Below are positions 1 to 12,345 of a DNA stretch of 64,000 nucleotides, piece by piece. This DNA is from Takakia lepidozioides (lineage: Eukaryota; Plantae; Bryophyta), in contig CM060733.1 of the NCBI GenBank assembly GCA_030704615.1, positions 51,460,001 to 51,524,000 of the forward strand, read 5' to 3'. How positions within the stretch are numbered: position 1 is the stretch's first letter; the number at the start of each line of letters is the position of its first letter. The notes beneath the pieces were generated by a model. The model saw only the letters and a list, made by a program, of their open reading frames with translations, was not told where the DNA came from and searched no databases. Position numbers and translations under genes: made by a program.

Positions 1-83
1 AATTAAATGTGAATTTTTTTAATTCAATAACGTTCTAGAGCTAATAAAGTTATCCGTTAAGTGACCATCTCTTCCGCCTCCTA

Positions 84-803
84 AGGTAGAAACACCTAAA
101 ATGGAGCAGGTACCCAAAACGGACCCCTAGAAAAATACATAAAACTAACCATATGCCATCTTTATAAGGTGCTTTGATCACAAGTGGTCCAAATTAGGTC
201 ATGTGGTGGGCCACAATGGAACTCCAATGAACCGTTTTAACTCATACATGCTCATGATGACACCACTTAATGGACAAGTTAATAACCACCGGAGCGCACT
301 TTGAGAGCATTATCAAGTCGAGACAGGAAAAATGAATCTTAACATGTAGGAGAGGGGATCACATTCTGTGATCAACGATCCCAATTGAGTTTCACCTAGA
401 TCAACGATCAGGATTGAGTTTAATCCAAATGGACCTTGAGCTCTGTTTTCTTTAAGGTGGGAGGTTACTTTAAGATCAATAAATGATTATGTTAGTTGAT
501 TGACATGGTCCATGTTACTATGTTGTTTAATCACTAAAGTGAAAGATGACACTTTTTGGGCACCTTTGGCTCCAGATAAAGTGTACTTGATGTTCAAAAT
601 AGTACCCCCTACTGGTCCATTCAAGGTTATTCCATGATTTCGCATTGAGTATTCACCAATATTACAAAACAATTCGGAAATTTTATTTTTATTTGCATTA
701 AATTTCATTTCTATGTGCCCACATCAGAAAAATATATACGACGACACTGCACACCTGAAATTGCACACATTTCTTAAATGATCCATTTTAGGTGTTTCTA
801 CCT
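84..803. mobile_element. MITE with 22-bp TIRs and TA target-site duplication (Stowaway/Tc1-mariner-like; Tourist-like not excluded)
   Basis: AGGTAGAAACACCTAAAATGGA at 84-105 and its exact reverse complement at 782-803. TA flanks both sides (82-83, 804-805). AT-rich non-coding interior. Confidence 0.8.
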
Positions 804-814
804 TATCGGAGAAA

Positions 815-1650
815 TAGAGGGTTACAGGAGGCAGGGTCACAATTTTTGGGTGGGGGTTCCACGGTCGGGGTTACAGAGGATGACACATCGCATGTGATGG
901 GGTTACACAATATAGGGTTACATCGGGTAACAAGAGCTGGGGTTACGTGAAGCGGGGTTACCCGGTGCGGGTTACATGAGCCGGAGTTACATGTGTCGTG
1001 CACCTAAGCATCGTGCCACAATATACATCGTTGTGCAACGGTCTTCTTCTAGTGATACAGAAATGGTGAAAAGAGGAGAAACCACTCTATCACGTTATAT
1101 AAGTCAAGCCAATGGCACCTTTGCTAAAGGACTCCACCATACAGACCTCACCCACTCTCCATCTCAAGTACTAGAGCTATGGCGGCGAGAGAGGCATCGG
1201 GAGGCTCGACTAGAAGAAGACGAGCCTGCCTACGTCTCACGTGGAGATAACCTCTCCACGTCCCAAGTGAGGTTCCGCACATGGAACCAAATGAAGTCCC
1301 AATGCCAACAAAATACAAATATAAATGTATAATGTCCTAATTAGTTAGAAATAACTATTTCTAACTAATCACAAACAAAACCATGACACATGGACTGACA
1401 TGCGGCGGGTTGCATGGCGTGTCAAGAGATGGGGTTACAGGGAACTGGCGGGCTGGTGGAACTTGTGGACTAGTGTCGCAAGGCGACAACGCCGATGGGA
1501 TGAGAGCGGGGGTGGGAGGATTTGACCGAGCCCCCCGCCGACTATCTTTCGATGGCTGCCAGAGGGAGAAAACCGGCGGTACGGGGTGTTAGGCCCTGAC
1601 GAGACTGACGCGCTCGCATTAAGTTCTTACCTTATTCCTATTATCTTTCG
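815..1650. repeat. Non-autonomous DNA-element end with dispersed GGGTTAC(A) subterminal motifs
   Basis: About 10 GGGTTAC-like motifs at 818-990 and 1432. The end at 1500-1650 is related in inverted orientation to 8423-8530, with a near-identical core GCATTAAGTTCTTACCTTATTCCTATTATC. Confidence 0.55.
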
Positions 1651-2529
1651 TTGTAAAGTTGAGTAAAATATTATTGTGTTGAAAATGCAATAAGTTTATT
1701 AAAAAGAGGGGAAAATTGAGTTTTGACTTTTATTGAATCTGTATTTATTTATTTTGATATTGCATTATGGTTGATGATGCAAATGATTGTTAATAAATCG
1801 ATGATGAGTGCCACATGTTGAATTTGGCACACATTACCCATTCTTTAGTACCAAAAATGTGGGATATCACTTGTAATTATTTTTTTACATCCAAATTTCA
1901 TCTCTAATTCTAAATTTTAAAGGTGACAAATCTAGCCAATTTCAATCTATCGTATTCGGGTTAAATGAGCCTTTATTATAACCTAATATTTGGCTTGGAT
2001 AATCAAAACCAAAAATCAATGTTTTACATGTTTCAAAATGTTTCAAAATGATGTTGTTGATTGTCGTTCATGGTCTATAGAACTTTGTTCTTGTATCCCC
2101 TCATCAAATTCAAATTGAGTTGTAGAAATTCATGAGTAAGATTTAAAAAATTTGTTCTTGAGAATCATGCGCATCCAACAACATATTCATACTATATGAA
2201 AAAATATATATTAGGAGACAAGTAGAATTATGAATTTTGATTTGAACCATATCCCCTCATGGAAGGTGTAATACGTGATTATATCTAACACTTCATGAAG
2301 AGTGAGATGGCTAAGGGGAAAAAAGAGCATATGATCACAAAAAATAGATCTTGTGATTGCCTAAAGTCAACCTTTAAGCCACTTCGCAAGTATTGGGAAT
2401 CTTCTGAGAGACATGAAGAGGCCAATAACTAGAAGGAGTCTTGCGCACACGTGAAATCCATGTCGCATGTTGGACGAGCCGGGATTGAAAGGGCAACCGC
2501 AAAAATGGTGAGTTGCAACTACCATAACC

Positions 2530-2582
2530 TGAATGTTGAATGTTGAATGTTGAATGTTGGTTTGCTAAACAGTGAATGTTGA
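2530..2582. repeat. (TGAATGT)n 7-bp tandem repeat
   Basis: Four contiguous units plus one nearby unit. Confidence 0.85.
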
Positions 2583-3674
2583 CCGACATACTATATTGGA
2601 CTCAAAAGTAGGTAAGTCTAATCTGAATTTGAGATAAAAGATCATTGGGTACAACATGTCAACTAATTTGGATAGCTTGGTGTTTGCTCCAGGTTTGGGA
2701 TTTGCTAATTAGAAGGCAAGAAAGATTGATCAGCGCCGGTTGCAAAGAGCAGGGGTCACGAGGAGCTAAATGAAAAGTACAAGTAAAATGTCGAGAAATT
2801 GGGTCAGACAGTGTACACTTTGACAACAAATGATAAGGGATACATTGTGAAAGGTAGATCAAAGTGGCAAAACAGAATCAAGGGCAATATCTTGCGGATG
2901 CTAGATTTCGGGGTAAGAGAGATCATGGCACAACCAAAGAAGATAGTGGCGCACTTGATCATTCATAAGGAGATGGAGACCTAAATTCCGGCAATGTATT
3001 TTGAAGACATTTACTCTATTATACATCATTGTCTCTAAATTTGTACACTAAGTTTTATGCAAAAAATTTGGTTCAACAACAGATGTCATTATTCAATTCG
3101 TCATCATAGATAATTTGCTTGCAATAATGCTACAATTGGCATCTCCGAGCATTCAAACGTTTCTTCATAGCCTCTTCCAAGCTAATGTACTACCAATCTC
3201 TTCATAAATTAAACTTTGATCAAAATCCTACATAAAACTTTAGCAAATGTAGTCCTTACAACAGTATGACGTCAGCTAAGTAAACGAAACATTTAGCAAA
3301 ACGAAAAATTCATTATGAGGTGACACGCGACGATAGAAAACAAAACAAGAGAAAAAAAAACATCCCAAAGAAAAAGCAAAGAAGACGTAATTTAGATGCA
3401 TTTCTCCCCAAAAACATGTTAAAATTGCATCAATCATTTGCACTGCTCCAAAATTCCAAGGAAAGAATCGATTATGCACTAGCAAGGTTGTCATTGCTGC
3501 CTTTTACATTATTTGATCCTCCAAAGACAAAAATGACGGAGTTGTTGAGTACCGAAGATTCACTGCATATGTCGCGCGTTTAGTATTGGATGACAGTTGA
3601 GCTACCCCTAACAAGGGAGTTCTTTGAAGGTGGATTACAAGAATAACATGGTTGAGTTGAGAGATAGTACATGG

Positions 3675-6600
3675 TAGGATAGACATCATATAACACTTTA
3701 TAATCATCTTTACAGATCCAAGCACAAACTCTAATTGTCATCTTCCCATGACCTGAAATATGTTAATTAGAGTTAGACACGATATTCTTACTTCTAACTT
3801 GGTTGACGTCGTCCATGAAGAAATTGTGTTTCTGCATGTGCTTCTTCACGGAGCCAATGCATAGATTTTATTTTTTATTTTTTTTAAGTCTATAAGAGTA
3901 CAAATAGAGAGTGGTAGGTTGTTATTAACTTTTAGAGTGGTTATGGTTGAATAGAGACTTAGTTTTGTACAGGACAAGAAGAGAAAACTTGGAGGTGTTG
4001 ATAGCAATACGACATGAATAAGGTAATATCAATAATTTGGTAACTCTAGAGCTATGTTTGGAATAACTAAGAAGAAGGAGCACCACGGAAGGGTGACAAT
4101 GCAGAATAACTCCCAATTCAAGCAAAAAAAGAATTTAGAGATGACCAATGAGTTTCTCATGGAGAGATTGTGCAACATGGAAACAAATATTGCAAATATC
4201 TGAATTAAAACATGGGCAGACATGCAAGCGCTGATAGACAGAACGCAAGCAGATATCTAAGCACTCTCAACTAAAGTTCAAGAAAACCGTAAGGATATCG
4301 CGGAGTTGCACAAAGTGCGACATTTATTTCAACTATAATCGTAATGCGCCTTATAATCATAATGCGCAATACGCTCGTGTCTCACTCATGATGCGCACCC
4401 ACTATTTCACGAGCGTAAAGATCTGTGTATCCTCATGAGAAGTACATCATCATTAAGCTCAGTTCGAGCTCATGGTTCAGTACCTAGTGGAGGTTGACAC
4501 CAACGACGCTCTTATTTGAGAGTAAAGGTGTCATCATTGATGCGTATGTGGATACCGCTCGACGTCGGCCCAAGATTTCTAACCAAGATAGCAAATGCGG
4601 TTTTCATGTAATCAGCGCCAATGAGGTTAACCTTGGGAAAGTGCAAACATCTAGGAAGCGACCATGTATTTCAAAATCGACATCTCCTGTCACACACTCC
4701 TCTTCCGTGATACCAAACGCAAACAATACCAAACGCAAATATGTAGGTAAAGGGTGAACTGGTATCCACCAACAAAAAACATGAATAAACTTCCATCTCT
4801 TTTTAAAACTCAAATCCAGCATAGGTCGGAAAAGGAAGCCATACAGATACCCTCTGATAGGTCACCTAATGTCCGACTTCGACTACCAGAAAATATTGGA
4901 TTAATTAACCTTGGGCGTAATGAGTTTGGTGTATGATTTCAGCTCCATCTCTGTGAAATTTGGAAGCCGACTAGTTTGTTTTGTCCAGGTGAGCCAAATA
5001 CGCGCCCCGTGACCCTTGCGAAATATGTGAGTACGGTCCCATACGATATTTTTCAATTCAGTCTGGGCCCGTATGAACCAGAGTCTTAGTTGCTCCTCCT
5101 TCGCGAGCATGGACCGCACATCCTGGTAGATGCGGTCTGGAATGGTGGGTAAGGCCCACTCTGGCCCGTCAATGCAAGACCCATATCTCTGTTGCATTTT
5201 CTGCCGTTCCACCGGGGATCTCATGACAAAACATGCTGCATAATAACTGCCACATCTCATGACGATGCTAACTACCTCTTGAGTCATTGTGGATATAAAT
5301 TCGTAATGGGCCACTTGGTCAAATTCTTCATTTTCGGACGACGTAGTAGTGTCAGAGTCTTCATCTGTCCGCTTGTGCTTGGGCTTGCGGACCTTTGGCA
5401 CATGCTTCCCTGGTAGGCCATCCACACTCATCATGTCGGGTTGATGCGTGGTCAGAACATGTGTTATGTGATTGATGCATTTGCAACTTATTTTGAGAAA
5501 AATATTTACAAAACACATAATCAGATTTGAGGATTTCAATAAAAATAAAATACGTACTAGCTAATGTCACAAGTATTATAAAAATTATTATGAAATCTCA
5601 TTTCAGAAATCTGCAAATCTTAGAAGCAATGGGCAAGAGCAAGAATCTTCTTAACTAGACTATCATATGCTTGCTACAGAGTGGTCCAACAAAATAAAGA
5701 TTGAAGGGAATTTTGAAGCACTAAAGATGAAGTTCTTCATGTGTTGAGCATTGACAGCCACCAACATTTAATGCAATCGAATTCCATGCCCAATCACTTG
5801 TCAAATGCATGAATTATGGCTTACAATCCATTATCCTCGAGTTTCTCCTCATAAGACTCACCTTTCTCATGTACCGCTCCGAGGCACAACAAAAGAATTC
5901 TTAATGATGGCATCGCAAGTTATCTTTTTGTATTTGCCAATGGTATCGAGCACGTGTCATATAATACGTTGTTGTGGGAGTACCATCATAGGCAGGGTTT
6001 GACAGATGATAGTCTATTTGGAAAGCGGAGTGGTTCAATTATTGTTTATCTCAAGCTGAACTCTCATATATTGATGACGTAACTCCGAGGTGTCTGACCA
6101 CTCTGGGAAAGGAGGATGAAGAACGCAAGAAAGCGGCGCATGACATTCGTCAAGAATTGATTCAATATGTTACTAGCTTTTGCAAAAGTGATCGGAATAG
6201 TGTTGCTCACATGTTTATAAGAACCGCTATTGAGCAAGTGGTGACAAATGTATCATCTTCAGGTGGGAAGGTGCATGTGTTTGGCTGAGATACTTGCGAT
6301 AATATTGCTTCCATGCTGTGCAATCTCTTCCTGAGAAGCTCATTGGTCATCTCTAAATACTTTTCTGCTTGAATTGGGAGTCATTCTGCATTGTCATCCT
6401 TCCGCGGTACTCATTCTTCATAGTTATTCCAAGCATAGCTTTAGAGTTTACCAAATCATTGATAATACCTGGTTCCTGCCGTATTGCTATTAACACATCC
6501 AAGTTTTCTCTTCTTGTCCCGCACAAAATTGAGTCTCTGTTCAACCATAACCACTCTACATATTAATAACAACCTACTACTCAGCTATACTCTCTATTTG

Positions 6601-6840
6601 TACTCTTGTAAACTTAAAAGAAAAATAAAATCTATGCATTTGCTCCATGAAGAAATTGTCCATAAATAAACACAATTTCTTCATGGATGACATTTCTTCA
6701 TGGACGACGTCGACCAAGTTTAAAATAAGAATATTGTGTCTAATTCTAGTTCATATATTGATCATGGGGAGATGATGATTGGAGTTTGTGTTTGGATCTG
6801 TAAAGATGATTACAAAGTAATATGTGATGTCCAACCGATC
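3675..6840. repeat. Long diverged inverted repeat (arms ~3675-4205 and ~6288-6840)
   Basis: ORFs 3925..4125(-) and 6369..6566(+) share SCRIAINTSKFSLLV...SLFNHNHS. The nucleotide arms are reverse complements over ~500 bp. Confidence 0.8.
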
Positions 6841-7919
6841 CGACCTACCACAAAATATTTGGTTTATAACTATTGTTTTGAAATGAGTATTATGTGATTG
6901 ATGCACTTGCAACTTGTTTTGAGAAAAATATTTACAAAATACATAATCAGATTTGAGGATCTCAATAAAAATTGTAAAGATCATGTCATTATGTAATTAT
7001 TATGACTAGCATGTATGGTTGCAACAAAATATTTACAATAACTAGTTGAATGATACATGTTGTTGATCTAAATTTTGCATTAAGCCTAGCGTACAATCTC
7101 AAGGATAACGGTTGTAATTGTTATCTATAGTAGTTCAGGTTTAAGGCTCATAACCGTCTACACTTTTGAGCTTTACTTGTTGTTGAGCTATGACTATGGC
7201 GTCTCTCCCAATAACTGCTCTATGTCAATCAACTCGATAATGTGAATGTAATGAGAAGGTGTAGAAACTTAGGAACATGAAGCAAACACTGTAAGCGATA
7301 TTGAATCTTCATTTTTTTTTCTCAGTTATCCAATTTTTCACAAAATAAATGTGGTTGGTCTTATGGTGGATAATATATATATCACTAGGCCCCCTACTTG
7401 TAGTAAGATGAAAAACTAGCTTATTCTAAAGTAAGATGTATATAACCACAAAGAGGTCTGCCTCCTGCCATCGCTGGCCAATCAGTGGGGGTTCTCCCTG
7501 CTCCACAGGCTGGGGGGTGCCACCACATCTTGTCTCTAGCCAGTCCGTGGGTATGCATGCTAGCAATATCTCTCTTAGCAGTATAAGATCTGTGTCAACA
7601 CAACCGGTGAGAGTGGCATCCACTCTCCCCATGAGTGGAATGTCACAAACCCACTTGCAGTCTACTAACCCTGTTGCTCAGCCAAGTGTGGCAATACCTG
7701 CTCTCCCCATGGGCACGGTGGTGTCACGTCTGTCAGCTTCAACTGCTACAGGATCAGTCAGCAATAATAGTATGAGTTATAATTCTGCATCTAATGTTGG
7801 ATATGTGCATGGTAATGTTGCTTCCATAGTTCCATGTTGCCCTGCTCATGGGACTGTCCTCCTTGGTCACATCAACCATAGCCTGCTTTGTCATCTGATT
7901 CCCCAGCTGACCACTCAAC

Positions 7920-8155
7920 CTTACCCATAGTATACCATGGGAGAAGACTTTGATAGATATCTTCAGATGTTTGAGGTCATTGCTAGTGTCAATGGAGTGC
8001 CAAAGAATTTCAAGATGACGATCTTTAGGATGAGCATGAAGGAACCAGCTCGTGACTTACTGCATGTAGCCGTCATGGATGATCTCAGCCTCAACTGGAC
8101 AACTCTGGTGGAATGGGCAAAGACCTTGTTCAAACCTCTTGAGAGGCCTTTGGAT
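7920..8155 (+). pseudogene. Ty3/Gypsy-type Gag (capsid) remnant
   Basis: GEDFDRYLQMFEVIASVNG...A.......W..LVEWAKTLFKP pattern resembles retrotransposon gag N-terminal domains. It follows a Ser/Thr-rich low-complexity ORF. No pol or LTR seen. Confidence 0.5.
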
Positions 8156-8422
8156 TGCTTTACCATGCCTTCATCATTAGTGTTACCCCGATCTACATCA
8201 TATATTAAAATCTATTATCATCCTTTCATCCAAGTGCTCTATATGAAAGTCACCACATAACTAATAATAAATTACTGTATTTTAAGTATGGTGGTAAGTA
8301 AGGAAGGATAATATTGTATTTGAAATGAACAAGATTGACTATTTTCAAATTTTTGGAATTCCATCATATTCAGTTCATTTCGGATTTCAATATCCCTTCC
8401 GTTTTATCAGATTATATTGAGT

Positions 8423-8740
8423 TGGAAGATAATAGGAATAATGTAAGAACTTAATGCACACGTGCAACCTCTGACAGGTCGATGGTACGCCGTTTCCGGC
8501 ATGTCAAATCTCCCCCACCTTCTCTTGCGAGTGACATGGAACTGAAGGAGTGTTAACTCCAGTCGGGGCTACATGCACTTGGGTACATGACGAGGTGTGT
8601 AACTCCGCTCGGTGTATCTCACATTTGGTCTCGAAATTTGACTACTTAAGTATAAAACGGACTAACCAGTGTTACATGAGAAAACAAGGTTACAAAGGGT
8701 TACATCCGATTCGCATACATACCCGGGTTACACTACAAGA
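8423..8740. repeat. Second copy/opposite end of the GGGTTAC-motif element
   Basis: GGAAGATAATAGGAATAATGTAAGAACTTAATGC at 8423 is the reverse complement of 1617-1650 with 2-3 mismatches. GGGTTAC motifs follow at 8566-8732. Confidence 0.55.
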
Positions 8741-9914
8741 GCCAGCTCCCATCAAGAATCAAACCCGGAACCTTGCTGCCTACAATGCTATCACCTTACC
8801 ATCATGCTATCCACCGCAACATCAAACTTTGTCGGATTTTTAAGTATTTAACTATAGTGAAACTGAGGTAAGAGGGGGTATCACACCACACTAAGTTCTC
8901 TCTTCAGTTTTATAACATCCAATTCCATTATATTCTGTACCCCTCATGTTTACCCCTTTAAGTTTTATACTTCAGATTTGTCCCTTGCATTTCCAGTTTT
9001 TATTACCAACGTATCAACACACTTGTTTCTAAACTTTGCAAGTGTTACAATTCGTTTTTTCCAGAATTTATTTTATTTTATTTTGATATTTTATAATCCC
9101 ACCTACATAGATATACATTTAGACTTCCAATATGAACATCTTTAAGGGCGGAGCTGATATGTGACTAGCCGTTTGTTTTTCCTCCTATTTGGATCACAGC
9201 CACAATTGTGGATGAATACTAGTTGTGAGGTTCTTTAGACTCCAGCAAGGGTGTGGAAGACTTGTAGGAAAAACGTGTTGCAGTGGAGGGGGCACATGCT
9301 TATGTTCTGAAACATATGCTAAGCCCGTCTATTGTGCTTTGAATGAGTAGGACCAGCGGATTTAGGGTATGAGAGCTGTATGCTCACATTACCGTTCAAA
9401 TATGATGAGGATATGCTCGCTTGTATGCAATCTTAAGGCCATGGAATTTCCTTGAGCTTTTTGGAGCTTCATATTCTGCGTCCAAGATATCTTTCCCCAT
9501 TAAAAAACAAGCGGCTAGTCGCATAATGCCATGGCTCTACCCTTATACGTCTATTTATAATTTATTATATAAATTGTTATTGCAGCTTGTTGTACGTGAA
9601 AATAATGATAGGATGATGGAAAGTGACTACGTAGTTTAAAAATAATAAGTACGGTTTATGATAAATCCAACATGATCCAATAGGCCCATCTATACATCAT
9701 TGGTTTGGGTGGGGCAATTGACCAAATATGAACAAGTTGTGAACCATACTAGAGAATTGGTAATTTGGTGAACTGAAATTACGTATGATAAATATTCATC
9801 AATTGTTTTGTGAATGAAGAATTCTGTTGTAAAATGGTCTCTTATATTTGTACACATACAAAGAATTATTTAAAGATAACATGAAAATATACTTAATAAA
9901 AACATAAACATAAT

Positions 9915-10590
9915 AATGTCTATATATCATAAAACTAGGATCTCCGCAAATAACCACATACAATTGGCATTTTCATGTGCGACCCTTATATATATAGTTC
10001 AGGGAAGCCTCAACAAAAGAATAGTTTTGAAGATCTTGATATTTGGAAATTACAAAAAATGCACAAAATGAGCTATACATTTACGACACAATATTGAAGC
10101 CGTTTGAGCATAATGCTGTAGATATATAATTTCCATTTATCATAAAACTATTGATCTCCCTAAATAACCATGTAATAGTAATTTTTTCATGTGCGACATT
10201 TACACAAATCTCCATACCTAAAAATTACGAAAATTGTATAAAATGAAGTATACATTCATGGCACAATATTGAAGCAGTTTCAGCCAGTGTTTCTTTTTTC
10301 ATATTTGCTAAATCGCTGGCGGGGCCACTTGTGAATTCCACGTAGTGCCTATGTGGCGAGAATATCAAGGTGACAAAGTTAGAAAATTGGCTATATTCCA
10401 GGTGTCACGTTTTTATTGGTCCACGTCGGCAAGATTAGGCTCCTGAAATTTATCTCCCGGTGCTTTTTGGCGAAATCTCAGATTTTACCCCCCATAATTC
10501 CTTTGGACAAGTAGCTGACCGAGTTTCCAGGTCTGCCAGAAAGAAAAACACTGGTTTGAGCTTAATGCAATAAATATACAATGACATCAA
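9915..10590. repeat. Diverged ~200-bp tandem duplication, second unit interrupted by a hAT MITE
   Basis: TATCATAAAACTA..GATCTCC..AAATAACCA..TTTTCATGTGCGAC..ACAATATTGAAGC occurs twice (from ~9925 and ~10138). Confidence 0.75.
10285..10553. mobile_element. hAT-superfamily MITE (269 bp)
   Basis: TIRs CAGTGTTTCTTTTT / AAAGAAAAACACTG. 8-bp TSD GTTTCAGC (10277-10284) / GTTTGAGC (10554-10561), 7 of 8 identical. Confidence 0.85.
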
Positions 10591-10969
10591 ACAAGCTTAT
10601 GAGTACATGTAGGTAGGATAAAAAATAAAAAATTCAATTGTCAAAAAATAAAATATAACACTTAAGAAATAAATGTAAAGTTTAGAAACAAACTAATTTA
10701 AAATGCGAAAGGGTAAAACTGAACTAAATGTGATGGAACTAAGGGAAAATTTGAAGAGAGCTGAATATTATGGAACTGATAACACAGAAAGTTAAGGGAT
10801 ATTAAAAAAACTGAATATAAAGGAGCTCAATGGATAATTTGAAAGGAAATGAATATGATGGAATTATAGTACCCACCTTAGGAATGAACCGGATAACATT
10901 AGATAACATTAGACGGATGCTAAATACATGATAGACTCAGCCCTCTAATACAAATCTATGTATTAAGCA

Positions 10970-11365
10970 AGATTGTTTGTTTGTTTGATTTCTATGTACG
11001 TACAACAAAGCCCTCGATGACTAGGGTGCATCGAGGTGGTTGCATCATTTTTGGACCTATGTGTAACTTTGAGATATTGAATTTTAAATATTTTTTGTCA
11101 CTAGAAATTCATGTAAAATAGCAAATTGGGCTTTTCGGAAATATTGGCCCTTCATTTGCTACAATATGTGCTCAACAGCTCATGCCACATTAAAGTAGTT
11201 TATTTGTTTGTTTGTATGCAAATTGAGATCTCACAAACTGCAAGGCCTCCGCCCAGGGTCTTAATACTGCTGGAAAGCCCTTGATGAGTATTGGTGATTC
11301 GTGGTGGTTTCATAATTTTTGGACCGATGGTGTGAGAGATATTGAATTTCAAGTACTTTTTTTTC
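10970..11365. repeat. Two diverged units of an AT-rich dispersed/tandem repeat (AAAGCCCT(C/T)GATGA...TTTTGGACC...GATATTGAATTT)
   Basis: Units from ~10970 and ~11200 align. The second unit appears to resume at 11588-11612 and again after 16162, so it is split by later insertions. Confidence 0.6.
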
Positions 11366-11587
11366 AAATTGTATTAAAAAGGGAAACAGCCCTGGATCGA
11401 CAGCTCACAAATCAGGCCCCTTAGTAGTGAGAGGAGAAAATAACCTACCACGCCATGAAGGCGCAGGAATGGGACACCACCCAGGAACCGGGAGAAGAGC
11501 ATACCACACTCGTCAGTAGCAAGATTTGACCCCAGAATCATCTGGGTGGCACTCAATGCACTTAACCAGCTGAACTACTGACTGCTG
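11366..11587 (-). mobile_element. tRNA-derived SINE
   Basis: Minus-strand A box TAGTTCAGCTGGTT (11577-11564) and B-box-like GGGTCAAATCT (11532-11522) with tRNA-like spacing. 3' T-run then A-rich tail. Imperfect TSD GTA(C/T)TTTTT..TC at 11353-11365 and 11588-11599. Confidence 0.7.
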
Positions 11588-12345
11588 GTATTTTTTCTCA
11601 TTGGAAGTTCATCCCTCTCCAAACCATAGAATCCCTAGAACATTGTCTTCTCCACTGCAGGGCTCCCAGTGTTGTTTGGCCCCTGGTTTCTGGTTTCTAC
11701 AAAGCATGGGAGTTCATGCCTTTCTGCTCGGTGATTATCCTCCTCAACTATAGTCAGAGGGACAAAGCCAAGGCCTCTGATTGCCCGGTCTTTGAGCTCT
11801 ACGAAGTTTGGTGCTCTGGAACCTATGGAAAGGGAGATGTGCATGGGTACTCAATAATGAGAACACCTCTGCAACAGCTCTTCTTTCTATGGTATTCTTT
11901 GATCTTAAGGTACGTTCACACCTAGGGTTAGTTAACTGTCTGCGATAACCTATTTTAACTGTATGCATTCGTCCCCGGTATTTTCCACTACCTATCGGTG
12001 ACCGCTACCTACAGACCAGGCAACTCGTTCAGACCTGCAGGTAAGTAGTTAGAGTATCATAAGGTAACACCAAGATTTGCTACCTCTAAGAACGGGGAGT
12101 GATAATACGTCGTCGATCGCGGTTGTGTTCTTGTTCTGCTTGTTCTGTGTTCTTGTTCAGAGTTCTTCAATAGCAGCATTTAGACCTGTTCACTGTCTTT
12201 TTTCGATTCTTTCTTTCATTCTCTCCACCTGAGCTTCCTGAATCAACCTCCACACTTCACTGACCAGTCCAGTGACAAGATTGCACCTCGCAGGTTAGGT
12301 ATCTAGAGAGCAGCTTGCTTCTATTCTTTCCATTGCAACCTAAAC

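Noticed and set aside
818-990. GGGTTAC repeats as interstitial telomere
   Set aside because: The motifs are dispersed with variable spacers and are not tandem TTTAGGG/TTAGGG. They fit transposon subterminal repeats better.
8731-8745. CACTACAAGAG as the left TIR matching the CACTA end at 36973
   Set aside because: It matches only ~7 bp, lacks the TGCGAC subterminal repeats, and the flanking triplet (TTA) does not match GCG.
11520-11587. Genuine tRNA gene
   Set aside because: A and B boxes are present but I cannot fold a convincing cloverleaf. It is followed by an unrelated body, tail and TSD as in SINEs.
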